A DNA stretch of 64,000 nt, from NCBI GenBank assembly GCA_963752475.1, contig CAVVYR010000029.1:178689-242688 (forward strand), in the 5' to 3' direction. Shown here one piece after another: positions 1-10,841 of the stretch. This DNA is from an uncultured Chloroflexia bacterium (lineage in GTDB: Bacteria > Chloroflexota > Limnocylindria > Limnocylindrales > CSP1-4). Each line of letters starts with the position of its first letter. Positions within the stretch are counted from its first letter, which is position 1. Below the pieces are notes generated by a model. The model made no database searches, was not told the origin of the DNA, and saw only the letters and a list, made by a program, of their open reading frames with translations. Made by a program: the position numbers and the translations under genes.

Positions 1-649
1 TCGCGCTGGTGTTCATGAAGACCATGTCGATGCGGTCGCCCAGCGTCGTTTCCGGATCGGTCAGTGCGGCCACGTCCTTTGCGACCGGCAGAGACTCACC
101 GGTCAGCGGTGCCTCGTCGACCTCCAGCGTGGCCGCCGTGATGAGGCGGCCATCGGCGGGGATGAGGTCACCGGCCTCGATCGAGACGACATCGCCGGGC
201 ACCAGGTCCTCCGCTGGCACCTCCACCAGGTCACCATCACGCAGCACGCGCGCCTTGACGATCATCATCTCCTGGAGGGCCGCCACGGCGGCGGCGGCCT
301 TGCCCTCCTGAGCCATGCCCATGGCCGCATTGAGCACCGTCAGCCCGATGAGCATGATGCCCGTCGAGTACTGCTCGACGGGCCAGATGCTGACGATGCC
401 GGCCACCAGCAGCACGACCTGCATGAGGTCCTTGTACTGGCGCACGAAGACCTGCCAGCGGGGCTCCTTCTCGCCCTCGGCGAACTTGTTGGGCCCGTGC
501 TGCGCCCGTCTCGAAGTGACCTCGGTGGCACTCAGTCCGACCTTGGCATCGACGTCGGCCTGGTCCAGGGCTTCCTGCGGAGTCAGCTGGAATGCGGCTC
601 GTCCATCAGAGCCCGAGGTCTGCGTCAAGGTGTCACTCTCCACGATCAT
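1..649 (-). CDS. Cation-transporting P-type ATPase, N-terminal part (runs off window start)
   Basis: Manual translation from ATG at 649: MIVESDTL...GPNKF...LVPGDVVSIEAGDLIPADGRL...VDEAPLTGESLPV (TGES actuator motif); absent from the ORF track because it is truncated. Confidence 0.9.
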   Translation of the reverse strand, partial: MIVESDTLTQTSGSDGRAAFQLTPQEALDQADVDAKVGLSATEVTSRRAQHGPNKFAEGEKEPRWQVFVRQYKDLMQVVLLVAGIVSIWPVEQYSTGIMLIGLTVLNAAMGMAQEGKAAAAVAALQEMMIVKARVLRDGDLVEVPAEDLVPGDVVSIEAGDLIPADGRLITAATLEVDEAPLTGESLPVAKDVAALTDPETTLGDRIDMVFMNTSA

Positions 650-715
650 GTCGGATGTCCGACCTTCCGCGCCGATGGCGGATGTGCAGCGATGGTACCT
701 GAGGGTAGTGCTACC

Positions 716-1663
716 TCAATCACCGGACACGAGCGTCGGAAGCTCGTCGAGCCAGGCCTCACCTGCCAACTCGCGCGCGATGACGATGCCCTCGCGCAGG
801 CTCGCGTCGGAGGCTTCGAGCGACGAGAGGTTATAGCAATCGAGCGCGGCCTCGATGAGGCTGGCCCCCGCGGCCATCTGGAGCACGCGCCGTTCCCGCA
901 GGCCAAAGGCCTGCACGAGCTGAGCCGATGGGGTGGCCTTCACGATCTCGATGGCACGGGCGGTGCGGTCGGTGTCGATGAGGCCGGGATCGGGCGCATC
1001 TTCGTCGCCCTCGTCGGTGGTCAGCTTGATGAGGTTCGTGCCCGAACCGCCCACGACGATGCCTCGCTTGGGGTGGCCGGTGGGCAGGCTGCTGAAGAGA
1101 TGGTGCGACTCGGCGCGCAGCTCGAGTACCTCAGCCTCGGTCGGCGGGTCGTCCTCCACGTGCTGCGCGGTCAGGCGCGCCGAGCCCACGGGAACGACGC
1201 CGATGACCGGATCGGCGCCGGGCTCCAGGAGCACGACCTCCGACGAGCCTCCGCCGATGTCGATGACCATCGTCGCCTCCGTCGCCGGCTCACCCTCGAG
1301 CACGCCGACGACCGTGAGGAGGGCCTCTTCCTCGTGACTCAGGATGTGCAGTTCGAGGCCGGTAGCGGCCAGCACGGCCTTCTTCGCGGCGGTCCGGTTG
1401 GAGGCTCGACGCAGGGGCTCGGTGGCCACCAGCGTGATCGATTCCGCTCCGGCCTCGTTGGCCTCGTTCACGTAGCGGGTGAGGACGTCGGTCATGGCCG
1501 CGAGGCCATGGTCCGGGATGAACCCCTCCATGTCGACCATGGCCCACAGGCCCAGGAGCTCCGACTCGTCGCGCAGCACCTCGCCCTCGATCTCAGCCAG
1601 GAGCAGGTGGATGCTGTTGCTGCCGACATCGATGGCGGCTGTGATCCGGACCTCGTCTGCCAT
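716..1663 (-). CDS. ppx: Ppx/GppA family exopolyphosphatase (no HD domain)
   Basis: DVGSNS, EEEA, DIGGGSSE and SLREG motifs; polyP gene neighbourhood. Confidence 0.85.
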   Translation of the reverse strand: MADEVRITAAIDVGSNSIHLLLAEIEGEVLRDESELLGLWAMVDMEGFIPDHGLAAMTDVLTRYVNEANEAGAESITLVATEPLRRASNRTAAKKAVLAATGLELHILSHEEEALLTVVGVLEGEPATEATMVIDIGGGSSEVVLLEPGADPVIGVVPVGSARLTAQHVEDDPPTEAEVLELRAESHHLFSSLPTGHPKRGIVVGGSGTNLIKLTTDEGDEDAPDPGLIDTDRTARAIEIVKATPSAQLVQAFGLRERRVLQMAAGASLIEAALDCYNLSSLEASDASLREGIVIARELAGEAWLDELPTLVSGD

Positions 1664-1678
1664 GTCGAGTACCCCGCG

Positions 1679-3832
1679 CTACGTACGAGGAAGGGTACGC
1701 GCTCCGTCGACGAGGTAGTGGACGAACCAGTCGCTGATGCGCTCGATGTTCTCGATGCGCCGGAAGGGCGTCCCGCTGCGCGTCAGCTCGTGGGTCTCAC
1801 CGGGCACGCGCATCAGCCGCACCGGCCGCTTGAGCGAACGCAGCACGCTGAAGAGCTGCTCGGCCTGGGTGATGGGACAGCGGATGTCCTGCTCGGCGTG
1901 CTGGATGAGCAGCGGCGTGTCGATGGCGTCGGCGTACGTCAACGGGCTCATCTCGCGGTAGAGCTCCGGATGCGTCCACGGCTGTGCGTCAAGCTCGTGG
2001 TGCCCGAAGAGGGGGCCGCCGAGATCGCCGCTGGTCATCTCGACCGAAAGGTCGTAGACGCCGCGGCAGGCCACGGCCGCCTTGTAGCGATCGCTGTGAG
2101 CGACCATCCAGGCGGTCAGGTAGCCACCGTACGAACCGCCGGTGACACCGATGCGCTCGGGGTCGACCTTGCCGGCCTTGTTCAGCTTGTCGAGGCCGGC
2201 CTCGATGTCGGCCTGAGGGCCGGGGCCCCAGTCGCGGAAGTTGGCCTTGGCGAACGCCTGACCGTAGCCGGTCGAGCCGCGCGGATTGCAGGCGAAGACG
2301 CTGATGCCCTGGCCGACCATGACCTGCCACTCCCAGAAGAGGCTGAAGCCGTAGAGCGTGGCCGGGCCGCCGTGGATCTCGACGACCGTGGGGGCCGGCA
2401 CCCCGCGCTTGGCGGGCGCCTCATAGAACCAGCCCTGGACCTTACGCCCGTCGACCTTGGTCCAGATCACCTGTGGGGCCACGAGCTCGATGCCGGCCCA
2501 GGCCTCACCCATGAGGTCGGTGAGCCCCCGCATACCCCGGGGCTTGACCGGCGTTGCCGGCTTCTTCCTGGAGGCCGGCACGTCGAAGGCCACGACATCG
2601 GCGGGGGCGGTGGCCGTGCCCCGGACCGCGGCGGCCACGAGGCCCTTGCCAGAGACCCCGATGCTCGGGCGCACGAGGTGGTGCTGGCCCTTGGTCAGCC
2701 GCTCCACGCGGGCGTCAGCGAGGCGCACGCGCCAGAGCTCGAACGAGCCGTCGATGGGCGCGTTGAAGTAGATGTCAGCGCCATCGGGCGACCACTGTGC
2801 GCCGGCCGGCGGGGTGCCGAAGATGTCGCTGCCCATCATGGCGTCGACGAAGAGATCGGCCTCGGCCGTGAGGTTGCGCCCCTGCTGCTCGGCCCGCGCC
2901 CGGAAGACGTGGACGTCACCGCGGGTGGGGTTGCCGGACTCGAGTCGGTGGCCGACGGCCGCGATGAGCTTGCCGTCGGGGCTCCAGGCCGGCGCCTCGA
3001 AGGCCCGCTCCTCGCCGGCGCTCACGAGCACCGGCTTGCCGCCCGCAGCATCGACCATGTAGATACCGGTGCGCCAGTTGAGGTCGGGGTCGGTACCGCG
3101 GTCCGAGGCGAAGGCGATGCGCTTGCTGTCGGGGCTCCAGGCCGGCTGGACGTCGCGGCTGCGACCCGAGGTCAGGCGGCGCGCGCCGCCATCGGCCACG
3201 TCCACGACCCAGAGATTGGACCTCTGCTCGTAGATGAAGCCGGCGCCGTTGAGCTGGTAGTTCAACTCGTCGATGAGGCGAGCATCGCGGCGCGGAATCT
3301 CGGCATCCTCGGGCTTGGGCGTGGAGCGTTTGGCCGAGGTGGCCGAGGAGACGGCACACAGCTGCGCGCTGTCGGGGCTCCAGCTGAGGTCGGTGACATC
3401 CTCGGGCAGATCGGTCAGGAGCTGGGCCTCGCCACCAGCCATGGGCAGGAGCCAGACCTGCAGCAGGCCGTGCGGCAGGTCGCGCCCGACGATGTCCTTG
3501 AGGCCCGTCGCCGGCGCCGAGGCCAGCTTCAGATCGGCCTTGTCGCGAGCGGCACCGCCGGCGCGCAGCACGGCACCCCGGTCGCTGAGGAAGGCGAGGT
3601 GCCGCCCATCGGGGCTCCAGTGCGGGGCACTATCGTGGTTCGCACCCAGGGTCAGGCGGCGCGCGGGCTCCGAGCCATCCACCGGCACCAGCCAGAGCGA
3701 GGTGCGGTAGCCGGCGAGGTCAGGCGCGTTCTCCTTGACCACGAAACAGGCGAAGCGCCCGTCGGGAGACAGGCGCACATCGGTCGGGACCCGCAGCGAG
3801 GCGAGGTCCTGGGGGGTCGGCTTCTTCGGCAT
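1679..3832 (-). CDS. S9 family peptidase (beta-propeller + alpha/beta hydrolase)
   Basis: WSPDG repeats, IHGGP, GGSYGG nucleophile, D..C and H triad region; start supported by TAGACT 7 nt upstream. Confidence 0.9.
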   Translation of the reverse strand: MPKKPTPQDLASLRVPTDVRLSPDGRFACFVVKENAPDLAGYRTSLWLVPVDGSEPARRLTLGANHDSAPHWSPDGRHLAFLSDRGAVLRAGGAARDKADLKLASAPATGLKDIVGRDLPHGLLQVWLLPMAGGEAQLLTDLPEDVTDLSWSPDSAQLCAVSSATSAKRSTPKPEDAEIPRRDARLIDELNYQLNGAGFIYEQRSNLWVVDVADGGARRLTSGRSRDVQPAWSPDSKRIAFASDRGTDPDLNWRTGIYMVDAAGGKPVLVSAGEERAFEAPAWSPDGKLIAAVGHRLESGNPTRGDVHVFRARAEQQGRNLTAEADLFVDAMMGSDIFGTPPAGAQWSPDGADIYFNAPIDGSFELWRVRLADARVERLTKGQHHLVRPSIGVSGKGLVAAAVRGTATAPADVVAFDVPASRKKPATPVKPRGMRGLTDLMGEAWAGIELVAPQVIWTKVDGRKVQGWFYEAPAKRGVPAPTVVEIHGGPATLYGFSLFWEWQVMVGQGISVFACNPRGSTGYGQAFAKANFRDWGPGPQADIEAGLDKLNKAGKVDPERIGVTGGSYGGYLTAWMVAHSDRYKAAVACRGVYDLSVEMTSGDLGGPLFGHHELDAQPWTHPELYREMSPLTYADAIDTPLLIQHAEQDIRCPITQAEQLFSVLRSLKRPVRLMRVPGETHELTRSGTPFRRIENIERISDWFVHYLVDGARTLPRT

Positions 3833-3872
3833 GATCTCGAGTCTAGCCCCGCACCGAGACAAGCATCGGGCT

Positions 3873-5102
3873 CTAGTCGAAGGCCGGCTCGCGCCAGACC
3901 GGGCAGGTCATGCAGTGGCCGCCACCACGACCGCGGCCCAGCTCGGAGCCGTTGATCTCCATCACGGCCACGCCCGCTCGGCGCAGGCGCGTGTTGGTCC
4001 ACTCGTTGCGGTCGTAGGCCACGACCACGCCGGGCTCCAGGGCCACGACGTTGTTGCCGTCATCCCACTGCTCGCGCTCCTGCTGGAAGGCGTCACCGCC
4101 GGTGGGGATGGTGCGTAGCTCCTTGAGCCCGAGGGCCTCACGCACGGTCTCGATCCAGTCGTGCTTCTCGACGGTGACCTCGAGGTCGTGCTCGCCGGGC
4201 CGGTAGCTGATGGGCTGGATGGCCTCGACGGCCGGCTCGTAGACGGTCACGAGGTCGCGATCGCAGAAGCTGAAGATGGTGTCGAGGTGCATCGACGCGC
4301 GATCGGCCGGCATCTTGGCGGCGATGACCCGCTCGGCCGCGCCGGCCTGGAACAGGCGCAGCGCCAGCTGGCTCACGGCCTGGTAGGTGGTGCGCTCGCC
4401 CATGCCCACCAGCACGACGCCCCCGCCCACGGGCATGATGTCGCCGCCCTCGATGGTGGCGCTTCCGTGATGCCTGTCGTCGGGGTCACCCCACCAGATC
4501 TCGAAGTCGCCATCGCGGAACGCGGGATGGAACTTGTAGATGGCCGCGAGGTGCAGCGACTCCGCCCGTCGCGCCGGCCAGAACATGGGGTTGATGCTGA
4601 CGCCGCCGTAGATCCAGGCCGAGCTGTCGCGCGCAAAAAGCTGGTTGGGCAATGGCGCGATGACGAAGTCCGAGGGCGAGTAGGCCTGCTGCACCCAGGT
4701 CCGGAAGTCGTCCGGCAGCTCGCTCACGGCCACACCGCCGATGAGGTGGCTGACCAGCTCCTTCGACTCCATCTCGTCCATCCAGGCACGCAGCTCCGTG
4801 AGGCCACGCACGCCGACCTCGTCGGGGATGAGCTTGCGGTCGAGGACGTAGGCCCGGCCCGCGGCATCGTCGACCACGTCCTTGAGCAGCTCGTGGATGC
4901 GGTAGACGGTGATCCCGAACTCCTCGCGCATGAGGTCCACGAAGCCGTCGTGATGCGAGCGCGCCTTGCGCGCCCAGATGACGTCGTCGAAGAGGAGCTC
5001 TGCCGCGTTGGTCGGCGTCAGCCGTCGCATCTCCAGGCCGGGCCGGTGGACGATGACCTTGCGTAGCTTCCCGACCTCGGAGTACGCACCGAACTCCGAC
5101 AT
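3873..5102 (-). CDS. arcA: Arginine deiminase
   Basis: [46 protein letters not shown] motifs. Confidence 0.95.
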   Translation of the reverse strand: MSEFGAYSEVGKLRKVIVHRPGLEMRRLTPTNAAELLFDDVIWARKARSHHDGFVDLMREEFGITVYRIHELLKDVVDDAAGRAYVLDRKLIPDEVGVRGLTELRAWMDEMESKELVSHLIGGVAVSELPDDFRTWVQQAYSPSDFVIAPLPNQLFARDSSAWIYGGVSINPMFWPARRAESLHLAAIYKFHPAFRDGDFEIWWGDPDDRHHGSATIEGGDIMPVGGGVVLVGMGERTTYQAVSQLALRLFQAGAAERVIAAKMPADRASMHLDTIFSFCDRDLVTVYEPAVEAIQPISYRPGEHDLEVTVEKHDWIETVREALGLKELRTIPTGGDAFQQEREQWDDGNNVVALEPGVVVAYDRNEWTNTRLRRAGVAVMEINGSELGRGRGGGHCMTCPVWREPAFD

Positions 5103-5125
5103 GGGCTCCTCCTCGTCGTTCGGGC

Positions 5126-6130
5126 CTAGGCGCCCAGCGTCGCAACCATCACGGCCTTGATCGTGTGCATCCGGTTCTCGGCCTGGTCGAAGACGATGCT
5201 CGCGGGCGACTCGAAGACGTCGTGGCTGACTTCGAGCCCGTCGGGCATGTTGGTGGCTTCCATGACCTCGCCGCCGACGGTGGTGCCGGCATCGTGGAAG
5301 GCCGGGAGGCAGTGCATGAACTTGACGTTGGCGTTGCCCGCTCGCTCCATCAGCGAGACGTTGACCTGATAGTCGCGCAGCAGCTGCACCCGCTGGTTCC
5401 AGACGTCCCTGGCCTCGCCCATCGAGACCCACACGTCGGTGTGGATGAAGTCGACACCAGCCACGCCCGCGTCGATATCGTCGGTGATGGTGATCTTGGC
5501 CCCGGTGTCGGCTGCGATGTCACGTGCGATGGCCACGACGTCATCGGGCGGGGCCAGCTGCGCGGGTCCCACCATGCGCACATCGCTGCCCATGAGCGCG
5601 CCCGTGACCAGCAGCGAACGACCCATGTTGAAGCGCTGGTCGCCGACGAAGGCGAACGAGAGCTCACCGTACTCCACCCCGCTGTGCTCGCCCATGGTCA
5701 GGAAGTCGGCCAGCATCTGCGTGGGGTGCCACTCGTCGGTGAGGCCGTTGTAGACAGGGACGTTGGAGAAGGCCGCCAGCGTTTCGACCGTCTCCTGGCT
5801 CTTGCCGCGGTACTCCAGCGCGTCGTAGTAGCGGCCGAGCACGCGAGCCGTGTCCTCGGTCGACTCCTTGTGGCCCATCTGCGATCCGGAGGGGTCGAGG
5901 TACGTGACGTGCGCGCCCTGGTCGAAGGAGGCCACCTCGAAGGCGCAGCGCGTGCGCGTCGAGGTCTTCTCGAAGATGAGCCCGATGTTCTTGCCCGTCA
6001 GGCGCTGCTGCTCGGTGCCTGCGTACTTCGCCGTCTTCAGGTCGGCCGAGAGCTTGAGCAGGTAGCGCAGCTCAGCCGGGCTGAAGTCGATCTCCTTGAC
6101 GAAGCTGCGGTTGCGCAGGTTGTAGGGCAC
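5126..6130 (-). CDS. arcB: Ornithine carbamoyltransferase (catabolic context)
   Basis: KTSTRTR, HPTQ, SMG, FMHCLP, QAENR motifs; between arcC and arcA. Confidence 0.95.
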   Translation of the reverse strand: MPYNLRNRSFVKEIDFSPAELRYLLKLSADLKTAKYAGTEQQRLTGKNIGLIFEKTSTRTRCAFEVASFDQGAHVTYLDPSGSQMGHKESTEDTARVLGRYYDALEYRGKSQETVETLAAFSNVPVYNGLTDEWHPTQMLADFLTMGEHSGVEYGELSFAFVGDQRFNMGRSLLVTGALMGSDVRMVGPAQLAPPDDVVAIARDIAADTGAKITITDDIDAGVAGVDFIHTDVWVSMGEARDVWNQRVQLLRDYQVNVSLMERAGNANVKFMHCLPAFHDAGTTVGGEVMEATNMPDGLEVSHDVFESPASIVFDQAENRMHTIKAVMVATLGA

Positions 6131-6180
6131 GAGGGGTCTCTCCTGTGGGTCGGGCGCGAGGGCGCGATCGGGGTTGTGGC

Positions 6181-7146
6181 CTAACGGTAGGTGATGCCGT
6201 CGAACTCGGTCGAGATGATGGTGCCGGCCCGGCCCTCGAGCATCTCGTCGATGTCGTCGAGCCCGCCGATGGCGGCGCGCTTGCCGGGGGTCTTGGTGGC
6301 GAATCCGGCTGCCGCCTGCACCTTGGGCAGCATCGAGCCCGCCGCGAAGTGCGAGGACAGTTCGAGGACCGCGTCCGGGTGCGCGGTGGCGATGGCCCGC
6401 TGCTCGGGCGTGGCCCAGCCGGTGTAGACGGCGTCGGCGTCGGTGGCCATGACGAAATAGTCGGCCTCGATGCCTGCGCTGAGGAGGGCCGAAGCGTGAT
6501 CCTTGTCGATGACGGCCTCGACGCCCACCAGCTGCTTCTCGGGACCGTAAGCCGTGGGGGCGGGGCGATCGACGTACATCACGGGGATGCCGCCGCCGCC
6601 GGCGCAGATGACGATCGAGCCCTGCTCAAGGAGCCACCTGATCTGCCGCAGCTCGAAGATATGGATGGGCTTGGGCGAGGGCACCACGCGCCGCATGTAA
6701 TCGCCGTCGGCCTTGAAGGTCCAGCCGCGCTGCTTGCCCATGGCGCTCGCGGATTCCTGGTCGTAGATGGGGCCGATGGGCTTGGTCGGATCCTTGAAGG
6801 CCGCGTCTTCGGGGTCGACCTCGATCATCGTCAGCAGCGTGGCCACCGGGCGCTCGTAGGGCACGAGGTTGCCCAGCTCCTGCTCGACGAGATAGCCGAT
6901 CATGCCCTGGCTCTCGGCACCGAGGACGTCCAGCGGGTAGGACGGGACCTCCTTGTAGGCCGCGCTCTGCAGCGCCAAGAGGCCAACCTGTGGCCCGTTG
7001 CCGTGGGCCACCACGAGCTCGCTCTTCTGGGCCACCGCGGCCAACTCCCGGCAGGCGGTCTGCACGTTCTCGCGCTGGTTCTCGGCGGTCATGGCCTGAC
7101 CGCGACGCAACAGGGCGTTCCCGCCAAGGGCGACGACGACTCTCAT
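6181..7146 (-). CDS. arcC: Carbamate kinase
   Basis: [41 protein letters not shown] motifs. Confidence 0.95.
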   Translation of the reverse strand: MRVVVALGGNALLRRGQAMTAENQRENVQTACRELAAVAQKSELVVAHGNGPQVGLLALQSAAYKEVPSYPLDVLGAESQGMIGYLVEQELGNLVPYERPVATLLTMIEVDPEDAAFKDPTKPIGPIYDQESASAMGKQRGWTFKADGDYMRRVVPSPKPIHIFELRQIRWLLEQGSIVICAGGGGIPVMYVDRPAPTAYGPEKQLVGVEAVIDKDHASALLSAGIEADYFVMATDADAVYTGWATPEQRAIATAHPDAVLELSSHFAAGSMLPKVQAAAGFATKTPGKRAAIGGLDDIDEMLEGRAGTIISTEFDGITYR

Positions 7147-7318
7147 GTTCCTTCCTCTCCGGCTGACACCAGCCGCTCCATCCTTGTAGGAGCGACATTG
7201 TGCCTCCGACGAGCAGGGGCCACATGGGCATGACGCGGCCACGTTCGGCCACCACGGATGATCCTGTCCGTGGGAACATCGGACCGGAGGGGCCGCCAGG
7301 ACGACTCGGAGGACCAGC

Positions 7319-8218
7319 GTGGGCAAGAAGAAGCAGAAGACGAAGACCGGAGCCGACAAGCGTACGACCGCCGCCAGCAGGGTCGGGCCGGGGATCGCGC
7401 GGCCGCCGTTCACGCCGGGCACCGACACCCAGAAGATGTCGCGCAAGGACTACGAGGCCGAGCTGGCGAAGCTCGAGGTCGAGCTGGTCAAGCTGCAGCA
7501 CTGGGTGGCCGAGAAGGGCCTCAAGGTCTGCGTCCTCTTCGAAGGACGCGACTCGGCCGGCAAGGGCGGGGTCATCAAGCGCATCACCTACCGCACGAGC
7601 CCGCGCGTCGTACGCGTGGTGGCGCTCCAGAAGCCCACGGAAAAGGAAAGCGGCCAGTGGTACTTCCAGCGCTACGTGTCGCAGCTGCCCTCGCCCGGCG
7701 AGATCGTGCTCTTCGATCGCAGCTGGTACAACCGAGCCGGCGTGGAGAAGGTGATGGGCTTCTGCACGCAGGCCGAGTACGACGAGTTCATGGCTACGGT
7801 CAACGGCTTCGAGCAGGCCCTCGTGCGCTCGGGCACGATCCTCGTGAAGTACTGGCTGGACATCGCCGATGAGACGCAGGAAGAGCGGTTCAAGTCGCGC
7901 ATCGACGACCCACGCAAACGCTGGAAGCTCTCGCCCATGGACCTCGAGGCACGCAGGCGCTGGGTCGACTACTCCCGAGCCCGCGACGCCATGCTGGCCC
8001 ACACCAGCAGCCAGCATGCGCCGTGGTACATCGTCGACGCCAATATCAAACGCCACGCCCGGCTCAACGTCATCTCCCACCTGCTCAGCCAGGTTCCCTA
8101 CAAGGACCTCACGCCCACGAAGCTGAAGCTGCCGCGGCGCCAGAAGGCCGGCGACTACCAGCTGCCGGATCCGTCGGACTTCCAGTTCGTGCCCTCGGTC
8201 TATCCCCAAGGCGACTAG
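7319..8218 (+). CDS. ppk2: Polyphosphate kinase 2
   Basis: [11 protein letters not shown] Walker [16 protein letters not shown]; GGAGG RBS upstream. Confidence 0.95.
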   Translation: MGKKKQKTKTGADKRTTAASRVGPGIARPPFTPGTDTQKMSRKDYEAELAKLEVELVKLQHWVAEKGLKVCVLFEGRDSAGKGGVIKRITYRTSPRVVRVVALQKPTEKESGQWYFQRYVSQLPSPGEIVLFDRSWYNRAGVEKVMGFCTQAEYDEFMATVNGFEQALVRSGTILVKYWLDIADETQEERFKSRIDDPRKRWKLSPMDLEARRRWVDYSRARDAMLAHTSSQHAPWYIVDANIKRHARLNVISHLLSQVPYKDLTPTKLKLPRRQKAGDYQLPDPSDFQFVPSVYPQGD

Positions 8219-8246
8219 GCGGAGCGGCTGTGGCAGAGTCGAGTCC

Positions 8247-8648
8247 ATGACCACCGAATTCGGCGGCGACGCCATCAAGCCCACGAATATCCATGCCGAC
8301 CGCCCGGCACGACTCCTCACCATCGAGTGGGCCGACGGCCACCAGAGTGCCTTCGACCTGACCGTCCTGCGCTGGCTCTGTCCCTGCGCCTTCTGCCGCG
8401 GTGAGGCCGGCCAGCCCGGCTGGCTCGACTCGAACCCCACCTTGACCGAGGAGCAGCTCGAGCTGGCCGACATGTCGCTCACCGGCAACTACGCCCTGCA
8501 GCCGGTGTGGGCCGACGGGCATAGCAGCGGCTTCTACTCCTTCGAGCACCTGCGTCGCAACTGCCCCTGCCCCGAGGACACCGCTCGCCGCGAGGCCGAG
8601 GCTGCCGCCGAGGCCGCCGGAGGCGCACCCGAGCACACGCACGGCTAA
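8247..8648 (+). CDS. DUF971 / GBBH-like N-terminal domain protein
   Basis: W.DGH, LR..CPCA.C, GNYA...W.DGH..G.Y motifs. Confidence 0.85.
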   Translation: MTTEFGGDAIKPTNIHADRPARLLTIEWADGHQSAFDLTVLRWLCPCAFCRGEAGQPGWLDSNPTLTEEQLELADMSLTGNYALQPVWADGHSSGFYSFEHLRRNCPCPEDTARREAEAAAEAAGGAPEHTHG

Positions 8649-8729
8649 GGCGGCTCGGCACCAGTCCGTGAGGTGGTCTTGACCATCGGGCCCTATCGGT
8701 CCGTATGGCGGCCCTGATAGCATCGACGG

Positions 8730-10841
8730 GTGACGACGACCCCTGATACCGCACGCCCCGGAGCGGCCCGACGCAAGAGCCGCAAGCCCAGCTTCCCGTT
8801 CATCACGCGGGAGCTCAGCTGGCTGGACTTCAACGGGCGCGTCCTCTACCAGGCGGAGGACGAGGGCAACCCGCTGCTCGAGCGCGTGCGCTTCCTGTCC
8901 ATCTTCGCCAGCAACCTCGACGAGTTCTTCCAGGTCCGAGTCTCGGGCCTGATGCAGCAGGTTGCGGCCGGCCATAGCCGGCCTACGCCGGACGGGCTAT
9001 CGGCCAACCAGAAGCTGGACCGCATCCGCGGTCGCGTGCTGCAGCTCCAGGCCCAGCACTCCGACGTCTGGAACACGGTGCGCGAGGAGCTCTCCGAGGA
9101 GGGCATCCGCATCATCGCGCCAGAGGAGTGGGCCCGCACCAACGAGCTGCGCGAGCGCTTCATCGACGAGATCTTCCCGGTGCTGACGCCGTTGGCCGTG
9201 GATCCCTCGCACCCGTTCCCCTACATCAGCGATCTCTCGCTGTCGCTGGCCGTGACCGTGCGCGACCCATCGACCGGCGATCGCCGGTTCGCCCGGGTGA
9301 AGGTGCCCCCGGTCCTGCCCCGGCTGTGGGAGGTGGCGCCGCGGACCTACGTCCAGCTCGAGCGCATCATCGCGGCCAATATGGCCGTGCTCTTCCCGGG
9401 CATGGAGGTCGAATCGCACTACCTCTTCCGGGTCACGCGCAACGCAGACCTCGATATCGAGGAGGACGAGGCGGACGACCTGCTGCTGGCCATGGAGGAG
9501 GAGCTCCGGCGCCGACGCTTCGGTGCGGTGGTGCGCTTGGAGGTCGAGCGCTCCATGCCCCACGACACGCGCACCCTGCTGCAGCGCGGCCTGGGCCTCG
9601 ACTCAGCCAACGTCTACGAGATCCGGGGCATGCTCGACCTGCGCGGCCTGGGTACCATCGCGGACCTCGACATCCCCGAGCTGCAGCCCGAGCCGTGGAA
9701 GCCGGTGACCCCGCCGCGTCTGGCGCGGCGGGAGGAAGAGGATGAGGTCGGCGGCGTCGATGTCTTCGGTCGCATCCGCGAGGGCGACATCCTGCTCCAC
9801 CATCCCTATGAGTCGTTCGCCAACTCGGTCCAGCGGCTGATCGCTCAGGCCGCCGACGATCCGGACGTGCTGACGATCAAGATGACGCTCTACCGCACCA
9901 GCGGTGACTCGCCCATCGTGCACTCGCTCATCCGGGCCGCTGAGAGCGGTAAACAGGTCGTGGTCCTGGTGGAGATCAAGGCCCGCTTCGACGAGCGCGC
10001 CAACATCGTCTGGGCCAAGGCCCTGGAGCGTGCCGGCGCCCACGTGGCCTATGGCCTGCTGGGCCTCAAGACGCACTCCAAGATCGCGCTCGTCATCCGC
10101 CGCGAGTCAGGTGGCTTGCGGCGGTATGCCCACATCGGCACCGGCAACTATCACCACAAGACGGCGCGCCTCTACACCGACCTCGGACTGCTCACCGCGG
10201 ACCGCACCCTCACCGGCGACGTGACCGACCTCTTCAACGTGCTCACCGGGGTGGCCAAGAAGGACGCCTACCGAGAGCTGGCGGTGGCGCCCAAGTCCAT
10301 GCGCCCCCGCCTCGAGGAGCTCGTGGACGAGGAGATCGCACGGCACCGCGAGCAGGGCGACGGCCGCATCATCATCAAGTGCAACGCGTTCGTGGATCCG
10401 CCCATGATCCAGAAGATGTACGAGGCCAGCCAGGCCGGCGTGCCCATCGACCTCATCGTGCGCGGCATGTGTTCGCTGCAGCCGGGCGTGCCGGGCTTCA
10501 GCGAGTCGATCCAGGTGCGCTCGATCGTGGGTCGCTACCTGGAGCACTCTCGCATCTTCTGCTTCGGGCAGGGCGATCGTCAGCGCTACTACATCGGCTC
10601 AGCGGACATGATGGAGCGCAACCTCGACCGACGCGTGGAAGCGATGACGCCGGTGAAGGACCCGGCGCTGGCCGAGCGCCTGAGCGAGATCCTGGCCATC
10701 ATGCGGCGCGACGACCGGAGAGCCTGGACGCTGGGCGCTGATGGCGAGTGGACGCGCGTCGCGAGCACCATCGACGGCGAACCCACGACCGATACCTTCG
10801 CGGCGCTCATGGCGGACGCCGCCGAGAGCGCGGCTTCGTGA
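8730..10841 (+). CDS. ppk1: Polyphosphate kinase 1
   Basis: RELSWLDFN, SNLDEFF, HPFPYIS, LHHPYESF, KTHSK, LEHSRI, SADMMERNL; TAGCAT 6 nt before GTG. Confidence 0.97.
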   Translation: MTTTPDTARPGAARRKSRKPSFPFITRELSWLDFNGRVLYQAEDEGNPLLERVRFLSIFASNLDEFFQVRVSGLMQQVAAGHSRPTPDGLSANQKLDRIRGRVLQLQAQHSDVWNTVREELSEEGIRIIAPEEWARTNELRERFIDEIFPVLTPLAVDPSHPFPYISDLSLSLAVTVRDPSTGDRRFARVKVPPVLPRLWEVAPRTYVQLERIIAANMAVLFPGMEVESHYLFRVTRNADLDIEEDEADDLLLAMEEELRRRRFGAVVRLEVERSMPHDTRTLLQRGLGLDSANVYEIRGMLDLRGLGTIADLDIPELQPEPWKPVTPPRLARREEEDEVGGVDVFGRIREGDILLHHPYESFANSVQRLIAQAADDPDVLTIKMTLYRTSGDSPIVHSLIRAAESGKQVVVLVEIKARFDERANIVWAKALERAGAHVAYGLLGLKTHSKIALVIRRESGGLRRYAHIGTGNYHHKTARLYTDLGLLTADRTLTGDVTDLFNVLTGVAKKDAYRELAVAPKSMRPRLEELVDEEIARHREQGDGRIIIKCNAFVDPPMIQKMYEASQAGVPIDLIVRGMCSLQPGVPGFSESIQVRSIVGRYLEHSRIFCFGQGDRQRYYIGSADMMERNLDRRVEAMTPVKDPALAERLSEILAIMRRDDRRAWTLGADGEWTRVASTIDGEPTTDTFAALMADAAESAAS

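Noticed and set aside
497-3955. Very long + strand ORF (1152 aa) and similar shadow ORFs (e.g. 14141-16408, 52374-55394, 61495-63186)
   Set aside because: Antisense to well-supported genes, no recognisable motifs; expected by-product of high-GC codon usage
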